Shown here: one piece after another, positions 1 through 14,640 of the stretch
Layout of the letters: each line of letters starts with the position of its first letter
How positions within the stretch are numbered: position 1 is the stretch's first letter
NCBI RefSeq assembly: GCF_036321535.1
Contig: NC_087437.1
Span: 40,302,001 to 40,366,000, forward strand
Source: Camelus dromedarius
Taxonomy: Eukaryota
Direction: 5' to 3'
Length of the DNA stretch: 64,000 nucleotides
Translations under genes and position numbers: made by a program
The notes under the pieces: generated by a model
What the model saw: only the letters and a program-made list of their open reading frames with translations
Told to the model about the DNA's origin: nothing
Database searches by the model: none

Positions 1-3000
1 ATAAGTATGTACTATTTCTAGCCACTAATGGGATAATTTGTCTCTTAGCAATAGATACCTAAAACAAAAAATTGCATGGATAAACATATAGCATGCTTCC
101 CACATTCACTTTTTGATCTGAAAAGTGGACTTTTGAAGTCATTTCCTCACAAGCCATGCTAATTTCATTGATGTTTGCTTTCTTTCATTTTTAATATGAA
201 AACAACAGAGTTTTTCTGACATAAAATTATACTATCAAATGGTCCCTTTGAGGGGAGAGAAGGAAAGAAAGAGAAAGGGAAAGGAGGGAGGGAGTAGGAG
301 AGAGAGGCTTGGGGAGAAATGATCCCTTCAGATTTCAAAAGTTTAAGAATTGTTTTGTCACATGACCTTTCACCTGCTATAATTCCCAGCGTATAGACGT
401 TTCACAAGGTGCCAAATGTGAGTTACAGATGTTATGCTGGGGGATAAAAAGAAAGCCTAATTGATACTTTTAGTGGCAAAGAGATCATGTGGTTCAATCC
501 ATACAAAGGCTTTTGAATTTCTTATCCCTGCTAAAGGAGTCAATTGAATTGGTAACGGATTCACTTGAACAGATGTGTCTCAGTGTGGCTCTAAAGGGTT
601 CTGATATGCCATCCCGGCATGTACTATCACAAAAAAAAAAAAAAAAAAAAAAGCACTGTGCTTAACTTTAGAACAATGCATTAATTAAACAAAGCAAAAC
701 AAAACAAAAATACATAAAGGAGGCACTCCCCAGCCCTCAGAACTCTTCTTTGGAAGAAAAGGATATTGAAATTGCTTATCCATACTAAGATTGTTTTTTC
801 CCAGATTCACAACTCTAGGGTACCTTTTAAAAAATGACTCCCTTTACTAATAAAAATTATCTTGAAAGGTGAAAATTTTGCTCACATTATCATATAGAAA
901 TAGTTTTCCACTTTTCTGCAAATGCAACTTTAGTCTTGAGCACACTCTGCATCCTTTGTGAGAGTAAAACGAACAGCAGCAAAAACAAAAAAATTCTTAT
1001 GTTTGAAAACCAATCACAATAAGAATGTATTTGCCAAATAGGGTTTTCTGATTTATGAGACATTCTGTTTAGACAGACTGAGTAAACATCCACACGGTGG
1101 AGTACTATGCAGCTGTTCCTCTAGCAAAGTATTACAGCTATTAAAAAGCAATAATAGAATTCAAACATCACCATTTTGCACCCCTAAAAACTAAAGGATA
1201 TAAACAATGATCATAAATGACTGTTAACAGCACAAAAAGAGAAACAACCAGACATTCCTCCTTATGGAAGCGCATGAAACAATTAAAAAAATAGCAAAAT
1301 CCAAACTGTGGGAAACCAGATAGTAGAAATGACCTGATTTTCTCCAACAAATAAATTGCAATGAAAAACAAAGAAAGGGAAAAGGAAAGCCAATAGATTA
1401 AAAGATACTAAAGATTCAAATCACCCAGATGTAAAAGCTTTAGAAACAGACGTTGATGGTGGCAATGCATTATGAATATAATTAATGCCACTAAATTGCA
1501 CACTTAAAAATGGTTAAAATCACAAAGTTTATGTTATATATATGTATATACATATTCTCCCACAATAAAAAATTTTAAAGATCCATATCACCCAGTACAA
1601 TTAATTGGATGCATATTGAATACTCTGTAAAAAAGAATTGGAGAAATTTGAACACAATTGGGGATATTCAATGCTATTAAAGAATTACTCTCTGTTTTTT
1701 AGATGTGATAATAGTGACTTTTTATTAGTGGTAAGAACATTTAACATGAAATCTTTCCTCTTAACAAAATTCTAAGTGCGCAATGTAATATTGTTAAGGT
1801 ACGATGCTGTGCAGCGGGTCTCTAGAACTTACCTAAGTTTTTTAAAATTTCATGTCTCTTAGAAGTCTATACTGAAATATATACAGACAAAAATAATATA
1901 TATTGGATCTGGGATTTGATTTTGCCTTACCTACAATCTAATAAATTATCCACTTATTATTTTATGGAGCTTGGGAGAATCTCATCTCTTGAGTCAGAGA
2001 CAAAGGACTTTATTAATCATGATGCAATAATCAACACAAACATCAGCATTTTGTGTTGGTTCCCTTTGCTTGCCAGTGCCACTGGGGTTACACAGATGGG
2101 CCTAGAGGAAGCCAGCACATGCAGCGGGTTGTGTCACAGCTGTGGAACACTGAATATGGGGAACCCCCTATTTTTATAGCAAGCAGTAAGAGCAAAGACC
2201 TGCTCTTTGTCCAGGGGTGGGAGTGGAGTGTGGAGGGGTGGGGATGAGATGTTCCCTCATTTCTTAAGGTTACTGGGTACATAATCAACCCTGAGAAATG
2301 ATAAAAGCACAGTCAGGCCCTTGCCATCCGCCCAGCAAGATCTGTAGGAATAAAAGAGGCCCAAAGAAGAGCATCTCTCCCAACAATATCATGACATAAA
2401 TTTGCTTCAAAACTCCATGGAGAGAGGAGGGTGTAGGTAAGTCAGTGGGAATATGATGAAACAAGTTAGGCCACGAGTTGATACTTGTTGAAGCTGAGTT
2501 GTGAGTATGTGAGTGTATGAGGTTCACTCTATGCTTCACTGTTCTTTTGCATATGTTTGAAATTTTCTGCAGTAAAAGTTTAAAATCTATTTACTAAACA
2601 GTTATATAATGTCAGGATGCCAATATTTTTCATAAAATAGAATATGTAAAAATACATATTTGCTATTTTAAATTTATGAAATATTTTACTCTGGCCATTA
2701 ATACTAAGAATATACAGCAAGCAAACGTTTTTCCTCATTATGGTAAATATATACTACATATATTGTTATTTTATTACAAATATATGAAAGGTCTGTTTTA
2801 CAGAGGGTTCTAGTCAATTTACTGTACTTGTCCGGCCTGTACTCTGGAAAGTGAATCTCTTTTCACATAAGCCAACACAGGTCTTTGACTTATCTGCTAC
2901 TAGTCCCAAGATGTCACTGTGCAGCTGTGTGAAGTTAATCTCCCCAGGAAAGGTAATAGTTTACTTGAACATCACTGGGTGCCATTTTGAAAAAAACTGA

Positions 3001-3241
3001 ATGCTTTTAGGCTGTGCACATATTTTTTTAAACTGCATTTCTAATGTATTTCACACACCCCCCACCACCCCATCACCCTGTTGGCTTATTCCCTAATGTG
3101 TGATTTTATTTTGCTAGCTAGATTGTTCAACTGAATTAAATTGTTTCTTTCACTTTGCAAAAAAGTTATTCTCCTCAAATAAAACATAAAAGCAAGGATC
3201 TGAAATACCTTGTTACTGTAAACAAATCTCTTATCACCTTT

Positions 3242-3583
3242 TGTCTTAGTTCAGGCTGCTATAAAAAAATTATAGATTGGATGGCTTATAAACAACAGAA
3301 ATTTATTTCTCAGAGTTCTGAAAGTTGGAAATCCAAGATCAGGATGCCAGCATGGTCAGGTTCTGGTGAGAGTCCTCTTCCAGGTTGCAGATTGCTGACT
3401 TCTCACTGTCCTCCTGTGGCAGAATGCAGAAGGCCAGAGGAAACTCTTAGGCCTCTTCAGAGAAGGGCATTAATTCCCTCATGACCTAATCACCTCCCAA
3501 AGGCCCCACCTCCTCAAACCATCACATCGGTGGTTAGGATCTCACCATCAATTTTGGAGGAACATAAATATTCAATCTATAAC
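3242..3583. mobile_element. MaLR solo LTR (MLT1A-like)
   Basis: tgtcttagttcaggctgctat...ggcttataaacaacagaaatttatttctca...gacctaatcacctcccaaaggccccacctcc resembles the MLT1 consensus. Confidence 0.8.
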
Positions 3584-6039
3584 GCCTTCATCAGCCCATT
3601 TTCTGTCAGCCCTCTCTCAGCATTCTAGGGTTCTCTGATGTCTAAAAATTATTCAGCAATATCAGATGTCCTTCTGTGTCTTTTGGGGGTGGGGGAAAAA
3701 AGGAGATTTCTGAACCTTTTTTTTTCACAGTTGCATTCCTACATAGAGAATAGCTGGTTTCAATTCGAAAAGAATGTTTCCCTCCTGAGGTGGGCTGTGC
3801 CACCAGTTGCCTTGAATCACAGACTACAAATGCCATTCAACTGCTCTTGGAACACTGCAAAGTTCTGTGCAAGCCAGAAATTTCAGTACTTTCTATATGA
3901 GCCAGGCAGATAATTCGCTAAACTATCAATTTGGTTTTTTTGACATTTATGAGACTAATCCAACCAGTTCTGTGAAGGAAGCCTAATATTTGCTGGAGTT
4001 ATGTCAAATGCAGTGCTGTGCTTTGCCTTGATAACAGAACTCTGCTGCTGTTTTGTTGGTTTTTTTTTTAATCTACAAAACAGAAATTACAAGTGTTTAC
4101 CAAAAGCATTGATATAATTTAATAAGTAATAGTAGAAGACAGTTTCCTGACATTTTCAAAACTTCATTTTCAGACCTCTACTATAGCAACTTTTTAGACA
4201 TACAGTTAGGTCCCTAGACACTGAATAAATAGAAGTAACTTCATTCAAAACAGCAGAAAGAAATTTTGTCCATGTTAGGTTTTTTTTTTTAATGAATTTG
4301 ATGATGAGGTGGTTCATTATTTTATGAGACTGGAGTTATTGTAGTTTAATAGTTGGTTTAGAATCCTTTATCATTCAGCTTTCCCTAAATTATCTTGGCT
4401 CTCTGTGCTTTGTTTTAACACCAATGGTTTGCTACTAAAACCACTCATTTAATTGAGCAAGAAAACAAATAAAAATTTTCAGCACAAGAATCAGAATGAA
4501 CCAGCAAACATCTGATTGTGCAGGTTATACATGAGAAAGATATTGGCAGTTCCAAAAGCTAAATCTATAAAAAGCAACATTTTTAGTCCTGGGAGCCCAT
4601 GAAAAGAAGTCTTTATTCCAGGCCTGATAATTGTTCCCTTGCAAGAGGCATAAAAAAAAACTTTATTCATCAGCCTTTGTCTATACTCACCAGCTCTTTA
4701 GGTAAATGATGCACAGAAGATTCCAAACACTGCTTCCCTGGTAGAGAACTTTCCAAAGTGAATGGTCTCATTGGGTTACTTCTCATGATTACTATTCCTG
4801 AAACATTTGTTAATTCATATATTAGCGCTTTGTTTTAAAATTTAGGATAGAGGTTAACAATAAAATGTAACCATTCTTGTGAAGACACTTTTCACGAACA
4901 TTAAAACCTTCAATTTTAAAATAGTATTTTGTTTCAGTTATCTTGTTTTAGGGTTACGTATCAGGATGCTCTATAATGCAAATGGCAGAAACCCCAATTC
5001 AAACTGGCTTAAACTATATAGAAGAGAGCTTAGTGGATCGTGTAACTAAAACTCTAGATGTCTCACTTCAGACAAGGCTCACTCCAGTGGTTCCAATGAT
5101 GTCACTAGGGATCCGGTTTCTCTTTCTGCTGCCTTCCTTTGACTCCACCTTTAGGTTCTACAGAAGTTGCTTCTGGGCAGCTCCAGGGCCTCTTCTGGCA
5201 GTAAAATGCTTGTAGCAGTCCAGACAATATTTTCAATTCACAGGGTAGAAAGGTAGAGCACATGTCTCTTCTAATAGATTCAGGTCCTGGGAGTCTGAAA
5301 CCATCAAGAAACCACAGCATTTGCTAACTCCATCAGAAAACCCCTGCTTAAAAGGAGTGCTTCACAAGTGAAGGAGCCCTTAACTTGGAGCTAGAAGATC
5401 TAGGTTTGCATTCCAACTGAGTCATTTTATGTCTCATTTTACTTCTTTAAGCCTCCATCTTCTAATCTGTGAAATGACAGCATTGACCTGTGACATATAA
5501 CATCCCCAACAGTTAATATTCTGATAGCTATGTCTTTCCATCCATCCATCCATCCATCCCAACATACATACACATATGTGCATATATATTTTTTTTAATT
5601 TTTGGTGAAGAAAGGAGTCAGAAACTAGGCTTTGAGGTGCTAGTATGACAAAATCTGTTTTGTTTGCTTGTTTCTAAAAACTGAAAGTCTTATACAAAGT
5701 CCAGCCAACATGTTTTTCATGCCCACAAACACTTTCCATGGCTAAGCTGGGAAAATCAAAAGCATGAAAACAAAAAAGAAAAATACAGAATAATGAAAGC
5801 ATCTCTCTTTATAAGGCTTTTATTAATTCTCAGTCAGATTCTCAGATGATTGTTGTAATTCTGTCCGAGGCTCCTTTTCTTGTTTCATAGCTTTACACTC
5901 TGTGTGTCATTTTTCAAAGTACCCCCTCCCCCCATTTCCAAGGTTACAAGCAGAGAATAGCTCTTCACTGATCTGTGAGCAATGAGATCTGTTTGGTAAG
6001 AGAATTTGACAACTGAAGCAAAAGAAATCCTAATATCAA

Positions 6040-6665
6040 AATATGATCAGTAACTCAAGTGTCTGGGTAGAAACGGAATATGAATTACCATTGCCTGCTT
6101 ATTCCTTCCCAGCGAGCTCAGAGCCATTTTAAAACCCCCTACCAATTCCTGAGAGCATTTAAGAAATGAGATGTTTCCAACATGTTCCGGCTGATGCTGA
6201 GGGCTCCTTTCTGCATGTGTCTCTTCACCCTGCCTAAGCAGAGGGTATGTTAAGCATAGTGGAGGGGACCAGAGGGCACCATGCTTAGAAAACCCTGCTG
6301 CTAGAAGGTTATCCACTCAAGTGCACTAAGGCTTTGGACCTCACCACCTCCAGAGTGTCTGCTTTTTCCAAATGATCAATCAGAACAGGTTTGTTCATTG
6401 CCAGCATGGGTGAAATGCACCCAATTCTTACTCATTTCCTCCAGTTTGGGAAATTTTGCCCCTATCCTTGTAGCCCTACTGGGCCAAGCCTGGCTGGAAG
6501 TGCTGTCTTCGATTCCTGGGGTCCAGGCCAGTTCTTGCTGACTCAGCTGCCACTGCCTGAGCCCCCAAATGGGATGTGTACTTAACCCCTGGGCCCTTCT
6601 GTAGTGGTGGGGAGCCACTGCTGCCTCCACCTTGGCTAATAAATGCTGCTCTTCCTCCTACTTCT
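6040..6665 (+). mobile_element. Old ERVL-type solo LTR (family uncertain)
   Basis: GC-richer block ending in aataaatgctgctc, as in an LTR R/U5 end; contains the CTCF-like sequence gaccagagggcacc at 6267-6280. Confidence 0.45.
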
Positions 6666-9169
6666 TTTGCTTTTTTAAATTTAAATTTTATAGTTATAAA
6701 AAGTTTATAGTTTTTTATAGTTTAAAAAAAATCAGTGCATAGGGTCACATGGCTCAAGAGGGTACACCATGAAAAACCTCTGTTCCAATCCTGCCTTCCA
6801 GCTACTAATTGCCTTCCTGTTACCAAGCAAAAATGTACATCTTTTCATCCTCTTTTTATGCAAATGTTAACATACTACATTTGAGAGGTTTTTCCGTGTA
6901 ACAAAATATTACACTGTTGCTAGCAATGTGTGAATGCCTGTTGTCCCAGCCCTCAACAACAGTTTTATCAAAACTTTTGATCTTTGCTAGTCTGAAAGGA
7001 AAAAATATTAGTATAGTTTTTAATCTAGAATACTTCCCATGTAGGAAGTGACAAAATGCCTGTTAAAGTTACCCATTCATTCTTTACCTCTGGAAGAGGT
7101 GAGAACTGACCCGAGTGTTTCCCTCATCAAGCCAGCTCCATCCGCCACAGGCATCCAGCATTGCCTCAGCTCCTGGTCCTTTCTCTCACTGGGCAGGGAG
7201 TCCTTGAGCCAATGGGCACACAGCTCCCCATCCCAGGATTTGGCTGGGAATCTCTCTAACTCTGAGTAACTGCATGTAACTGCACACCCCAAACAGCTTC
7301 TCCTGATATTTTCTTTCTAGAGAGATCTTTGTTTATGTCCTCAGGCTAGTAACAGCTGGAGCCTATGCCTGAAGGGCCAAGGGGAGAGAACAGTTTCCAG
7401 AATCCTAGCTGAGGGAGCTGAATGGAGAGGACCACCTACAAGAGCTGTGACCTTCTACCAAGGACACAGCCAGACCACTGCCTCCAGCAGGGAGGGAAGC
7501 CAGCAGACTAACCAGCCTGAGCTCTCCTCCCACCTTCCAGTCTCCTGCCAGCACTCTCCATTGGCTGAGCCTCACCAGAGGCCAGAGGTGGGGAGGGAGA
7601 CCATGGATGTAGCCTCCAAGTCACAAAGTAATGGAGAAGGGTGGAGGCGGGACCTGAAAGGGCAAACAAGACACCCAGTGTACCTACAAAATGGCAAAGC
7701 CCATGTTCCTTTGGAATTTGTTCCCTCATGTTCTTTGCTTTGCCTCTTGAATTTTCCAAGATCCTGGAAGATAAAGTCTAATGGGCACTCAGGTGCATAG
7801 TAGCCATAATTGCCTCTGGGTTACTTATAAATTTTTAAAAGTTCAACATCTGGATCATGGATGAGTGCAGTTAGAGTCATATGGGGGAAAAAAAGATCTA
7901 AATAAAGAAGAGGCAATTCTTATTACTTATTTGCAACAGGAAGATAATGTTTCATGAAGATCTGCCTGTTTTACATGCTGAAAAGAGCTAAAGTGTGTGC
8001 TCTGGAGATCAAGTAGGTTAGGGCACATTACTGTTATAATTCTAGAATCTTGGTGTTTCACCATCGTAAGACAACGGGTACAAATAAAGCCCTACTGGTC
8101 TTACTGTATAAATCTCAATGGCACCTCACTCCTACTTGCTCAACTATACGTAAGTGACTCAATTTTTAACAGGGTCCTTATTTCTGGAAATTTGCTAGAA
8201 TCATTAGGTATCTTACATGTGCCCACAAGTCAGTCATGGTCATTATTTGCCATTCTGGTGACTGGACTAGGATTCCACAGCCTCAGGGACTGATTGTTCT
8301 GTAGAAGTATCACACAGAGCTGAAACTGCCCTGTGCTTATGACTGTCCCCAGAGTACTGGTGGAGCAGGAACTCAGCAATGCCTACAGCTGTATCTAGTG
8401 TCACTGAGCTAGGACCATGTAGCTGGTCTGGTGGACTTGGAACTGAAATGCTGTCCTTGAGGTTAGAGATCCAAGTATTGATCTCACATAGTGAGAAGGA
8501 GAGGACTCCCTCTGCTTACACTCAGCTTGCAACAGTGAAGGATACCACAGCAAGGTTGCTTGACCCAGCGTGTTAGAATATTTAGTCTCGCAGTTCTTCT
8601 AATTAATACACTAAGCAACTTTTAGCAAGGTTCATGCTTACTGCCAGAGGTCTGTGTTGAGATAAGTTCTAAATCATTGATCTAAAATCTCCTCCCCCTC
8701 TAAAGTTAGTGCTCTGTTTGGGTCTGACTTACCAGACCAGGCTCCTTCTTTTCCTAGAAGGAGCTCCCGTTGCTCGCATGCAATACACTGTTTTTTCCAA
8801 AACTGTGGCCCCCTTGAGGACCACACCAGTCCATCACACATGTTGTATATACCTTCACAGAGTTCAAAGCCCCTTTCTTGGAAAGATGTTCAGCCCCAGT
8901 GTCGATCTGTGGATGCAAGCAAATTCATAGTGAGAGATACTCCCTAGGTCCTCCCTACAAGACCACACAAGTTCTTTTCCAGATCCTCCTCACTCAAAAA
9001 AAAAAAAAAAAAAAAAAAAAATCAGCTGCACAGATATCACAAAAGGGAGCAGTTCTTGGGAAGTGGGATAGAGAGTGCAGTACCCAAAGATCCCCATATT
9101 AACTCTCATTCACAAACCATTCCTAAGGGATGGTCTCTAGAGAGTCAAGCAAAACTTATAATTTAGAAA

Positions 9170-9945
9170 CTGAATAGATAGGTGACTAAATCAATAAACT
9201 CTTCCATGCTACCTCAATTAATAATATTCCATAGTATCCCAATTAATAAATATAGAAGGAATAATGACAATAGAAAATCACCATTTGGCAAACACAACAG
9301 TAATAATTATTTCAGGCTGAGAAAATAGCTAAAAATGAGTAGGCAAAAGTATGATGAAAAGCAGAATATTTAAATTGTTTCAAAGTATCCCCTTAGATGC
9401 TAATTAATTTCACAGAGAAGAACTGTAACTTTACAGTGGTGAAACTTGGCAGATGCCACTTTCACTCAGCAATCACATCAACTACATACTGAGCAGGGGA
9501 TGACGTCACTTCTGTGATATTCTTTCCAAAAATGCACAACCTGAATGTAATCATGAGGAAATAACAGACAAACCTAAATGAGCAACATTTTACAAAATAA
9601 CTGGCCAGACTCTTCAAAGAGTTAAAGACGAAGAAAAACTGAGGGCCGTACCAAATTAAGGACTAACAAATGAGCCATGAAAATTAAATGCAGCATAAGA
9701 TGAGGGATTGGATCCTGAGCAGATAAAGTAGTAGGACATGACAAAATTTAAATAACGTCTGCAGATTACTTAGTAGTACTCTGTCAAGTTAGTGTCCCGT
9801 TTTGAAAATGGTACTGTGGTTATACACGAGGTTAACACTTGTAGAAGCTGGGTGAAGCGTATATGGGAATTCTTCATACTATTTTTTCAACTTTCTCCTA
9901 AGTGAAAGTATTTCGAAATGAATAGTTGAAAAAAATTTAAATACA
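9170..9945 (+). mobile_element. Ancient L1 (L1MC/L1MD-like) 3' UTR fragment
   Basis: Typical L1M 3' UTR motifs: aaaatcaccatttggcaaac, aacctgaatgtaatcatgaggaaa, gaagctgggtgaagcgtatatgggaattc. Confidence 0.7.
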
Positions 9946-10810
9946 TTTTAAAAAAACATGGTTGAGAAAAATTCACTTATTACAATATTGGTTTGTAGAC
10001 AGAGTAAAAAAATACATATTAATTAAAAGAAATATCATCACTCTTGAATTTAAGACTAAACAAGGAAACATTTTCTTTGATTAATCATGAGTAGGATTAT
10101 TCAGGCATTTCTTAAAGGCACACTCTAAACTCTTAGCATTTATTTTATTACTAAAAGTTGATGTTAAGAATAGCAATTGTACATAAAAGTACTTAGGTAA
10201 TCCTTGGCTGTCCTTGTCAAAATATCAATAGACCTCTGCTGGGAACTGCTTTATTATGACAATCAAGCACTAAATTCACTGACCTTCAGATCAGCAATTC
10301 CTGGGTGGAAGGTGTATAGAAAAGGAAAGCTTTTCCATTTGGCAAATGAAAAATCAAGACCCTCAAATCCCTCTCCTAGGAAGCACAGCTTAGAAAAAGA
10401 ACCTAATAATTTTTGCTGTTTGCTCTGAAATACAGCACTTCAAATGCAGCAAGTTCATTTCTGGCAAGGGTAGAGGTGACTCTTCATAACTTAGAAGTGA
10501 CTTGTAGGGCAAAAGACACTGGAGCCAGAGGAAGCAGAACATTTTACATATCACATAGGAATATAAATTTTGTATTTTAGTAGTTTCTTACAAAAATGTA
10601 CAAGAAAAATTCATTGAATAACTATTGGGGGGTAGACCCATAATTACTACAGCCTCTATCTACCAAATTATTTAGATAATTACCTAAAAGTTAAAATATC
10701 CACTCCAGAAGATTACTGGCCTTCTGTTCCTTTCATTTCAGAGAAATCAGCATTTTTGAACTAGTTCTTGAGCACAAGAGCTTTCTGAAAATTATCTGAG
10801 GCTAATATAG

Positions 10811-11212
10811 TGTTGATGAAAAAATTAATAGTCAATCTAAGAAAGGAATGGAAAATTTTATTTGAGTCAAAGTGAGGATTGTAACCTGGGAGACAGTCTT
10901 TCAGAAAGCTCTGAGCACTGTTCTACCTATTAGAGATCAAAACACAGTTATATAAGTTTTTGAAACAAAGGATTATATGTCAAATGACTATTGACTTTAC
11001 ACTATCCAGGTCTACACATACAAAGCAAGTAGTAGGTCATGCTAACTCTTCACAAGATTAAGAAGGAACATTATCTCCCAAGGAGGTCTGGTTAATACTG
11101 ATTCACAATACACACTAAAGGGAAGGCAGGAAGCCCAAACAAGCAAAGAAAAAATGTTTATGTTTAAAGTTTTCTTGTCTTGCCATAAAATATGAATTTT
11201 ACTTCATCAATA
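10811..11212 (-). mobile_element. ERV solo LTR
   Basis: About 400 bp bounded by inverted termini tgttgatgaa and ttcatcaata, with tttatt (minus-strand AATAAA) near one end. No clear TSD. Confidence 0.6.
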
Positions 11213-13949
11213 AGAAGAAAAAATGTTAGAATTTTTCTCCCAATCTGCACACGAGGTCCAGGTCTAGAAGCCCTGGTTTTCTTGGCCCTGCTGACTTCAA
11301 GTTCCATGAATTGAGCCTCTGTTCTCACCCTCGCCACCCCTCTCTTCTCTTGCCATCTTCATAGATGTTGGGTTTGGACAGAAAACAAGTTCTAGGTATG
11401 CTAATAACCCACGAGGTTTAGCTTTCTTTCCTTGTCCCAGAGGTTTTAATGTGGGAGATTTTTGCTTTGCCAAACCCTGAGTTTTCTCTCAAATTGCTGG
11501 GTTGGAGGTAGGTTGAGAGGGTGAATCCTTACATGCCTCTGTTAGATAATTGTACACTTATCAAAAAACCAGGTACAAGGACTGATTGCTAGTCTCTCTT
11601 CTTGCGCAAGGACGTGCTTCCTTCATGAAATCTATAGAAACTTCTTATTAAATTGGTTTCTTCTAAATTCATAGAAGACTATAGAGACAATAAAGGTCAA
11701 GGATATAATGAAGACTTCCTAACATAATTTTGTTGCCTTGTAAGTATATTTCTCTCATTTACTAAAGCTGCAGAGGATAAGGACCATGTCATTGTCATCA
11801 TTCATTACTCACTCCATTAACACTCATTCACCCTGAGCTACGTGCTAGACTCGACACTGAGAACAGGAGAATAAGGCATAGTTCCTGCCCTTAAAAGGTT
11901 CATAGGTTAGTAGAAAGAAAAATAACAAACTATTTGTTATTTAAGTTATATATTTTTAAATAAATAATTTATGTATATTTCATTTAAATATATAAAAATT
12001 ACATTAAATCATATATACTATAGCACTGATTGTACAAAATGTTGTGGAAGCCCAGAAAAAGAAACAATTAAGTCTACTGAAGAAAGAATTCAGGGAAAGT
12101 TTCTCTGTGGAGGTGATAGGTTTCCTGACCCTTGAAGGATATGCCCAGTGGAAAGGGGAAGAAGAAAATGGGAAACATGTAGGTATGAAAGGGCATTTGG
12201 CAGGAAGGGGGAGTAGGGGAAGAAGTATGAAGCTTGAAAGGAGTGAACCAGGTGATTCGAAGGAAGGAGATAATAGTTGGATATGGTCAACGCACACAGC
12301 AGAGGATAGAAAGCTAAAGTCTTTGTTTCCCAGATTCCCTTGCAGCTAAACTCTGTTTTAATACAATGCACTGGTTGGATATCAGAAGGAAAAAAGTGAT
12401 GAGGAGGCCATCTTTCTGCTGCTGTTGGCTTCCACTCTGCTAGCAAGCAAGGTCATGATGACACAGGGTTTTTCTTCAGCTCCAGGGTCCAGTCTTTATT
12501 ATGAGAGTTAAGAGGCAGTTGTAGCAGTGCTGGCAACAACTTCTGATCCTGGCCTCCCGACAGATTGATCATAGCTATCTAGTAGTTTCTTGAACTCAGT
12601 GTTGCTATTGTGAACGCCTCACTCCTCAGAGGTAGAGATCCCCCTAACTAGTCAGTTCTGCAGGGTCTGGTGGACATTCGAGCAGGCCCAGCCTTGATCT
12701 TGCTCTTGCAAGCTTTCAATGATTTTTGGAAGTATCTAAGGCCCCTAATTAAGTCCTTATTAAAATACACAGATTAGTTTCTCTTTTTTGCACTGAACCC
12801 TAACTAATAAAGCAAAGGTAAGGAAATCATGAATACCCTGTATGTGAATGAGAATGGTACTAATGTTGCTGTTTGAAATGACAAAACAATTACTATTTCA
12901 GTTAAAAAGTCAAAGTGACTTTTTGAAATGTTCTTAGTCTAATATTAGCATGCTAAAATTCATGTATTATACTTTTTTGAAACAAAATATCTATTTTTGG
13001 ATAATACATACTCTATCTTATACTGTTTCTTGAGTGGAAGTCTAAAGAATCAACTCATTTTAAAACATTAAATAAATTTTCAAATAAAATTATTTTCATC
13101 ATATTTTATTTTATATTAAATTTTTGTTTGTAATAAAAAGCATTGTCACTGACGTTATTAACTAACAATTTTTTAAATGCTTTTACAAAAGCCATGCCCA
13201 AAAACGCCCTGGCCATTATTTGCTATACTTCCCTACAATTTTTTTCTTTTCAACTTATAGTCACACAGATACTTAACATATAAAATGGACCCAGAAAAAA
13301 GTGTTATTTAAAACAAAAAACTAAATGTATCAGTTTTCAGTTTGCATAAATCTGATTAATGGAGGTATATGTCTATAAACTATTCCCTTACACTTACTAG
13401 GATGGTAGGCCTCAGGAAACTGAAGTTTTCAAGTCCCTACCTATTCATCAGTCCTCCAAAAAGGGGATCTAGATCAGAGAACCCTTTGTTTAGCAGAGCA
13501 TGGTAGTGAGTTTTTACACGTATGTACTGAAAGGAATCCAGTAAAGAGTGAAGACCTCAATTTCTCTACTCTACACAGCAAAAGAAATTCTGAGTTTCAG
13601 AGACAACCCTAGGGAGAAAAAGTGGCAGAACCCAGGGTAAAGAGATGTTTTGCTTTGGCAAAAGAAAGAGAGGGGCAATGCTTTTCATTTGGGAAAGAAA
13701 TACAAGTCAAATGACAAGAATGAGATTGCAAATTCAAAGGGAAATCAGAACAAAAAGTAGCCAGGAGAAACTTCCTTCCCACTATCACCATCAAAGATAA
13801 ATGGAGTGATAAGAAGAGTGCTTGAGCTATTTTTAAATAAATATTAAATGGAAAGAGGACCCAGAAATGTGACATTTGGGTTATATGTGCAACCATTAGC
13901 CATCCTTAATGTTGCTGTACAAAACTGGAGTAATGGGGTGGGGGTGGGG

Positions 13950-14640
13950 GGCGGTTAACAAGGGAGTGGAAGATGGCCTGGAGTGTAGAGAGGGTAGAGT
14001 TGGGGAGACTGAGTAGGAGGCTTTTGCAACTAATAGTTCAGGTAGGAAATGATAAAGACTTGATCAAAGCAATGGCAGTACGAATGATGAGGAAGGGAAG
14101 AATTCCAAACATCTCAGTTGTAAAATCAATAGCATTGCTTACTGATTGGCATGGTTGGGATACCTACAAGGTTTCTAGCATGAGTGATTAAGTGAAGAGT
14201 GATGCAGTTACCAGAGTTTAAAAATACAGTAAAGGGGGCATGTTTTGTGGAGAAAATGGTGATTTCTAATTGGACATTCAGTGGAGATATCCAGAAGACA
14301 GCTAGAAATAAATGTTTATGCAGTATTTTGGAATTAAGTTGTAAGCATGAATAGGAATTCCCAGAATGCATAGAGAAAATGGAAGAAGAGGAGCATGGAA
14401 GCATAGTGGCCAGAAACATTGAGGAGCTAGGTAAAGAGAGAGGAGACAAAGAGAAATCAGAAGGAAGAACACAGTATCATAAATGCCAAAGAAGGAGAAT
14501 AAATTAAGGAGTGGTCAATATTGTCAAATCTTTAATAAGATGTTACAAAAGAAGCTGGACTTATTAATGGATGATGGAGGTAGAAACCAAATTGTTGTAG
14601 TCTAAGGAGTGAAAGTTAGTGAGAACCTGGGCATAGTAAA
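13950..14640. mobile_element. Degraded L2 LINE fragment
   Basis: Purine-rich L2-like motifs such as gagactgagtaggaggcttttgcaactaatagttcagg and gtggagatatccagaagacagct. Confidence 0.55.

Noticed and set aside
630..652. Long A run (also 8996-9021) as the tail of a retrocopy
   Set aside because: I could identify neither an upstream body nor a TSD, so I treat these as simple homopolymers.
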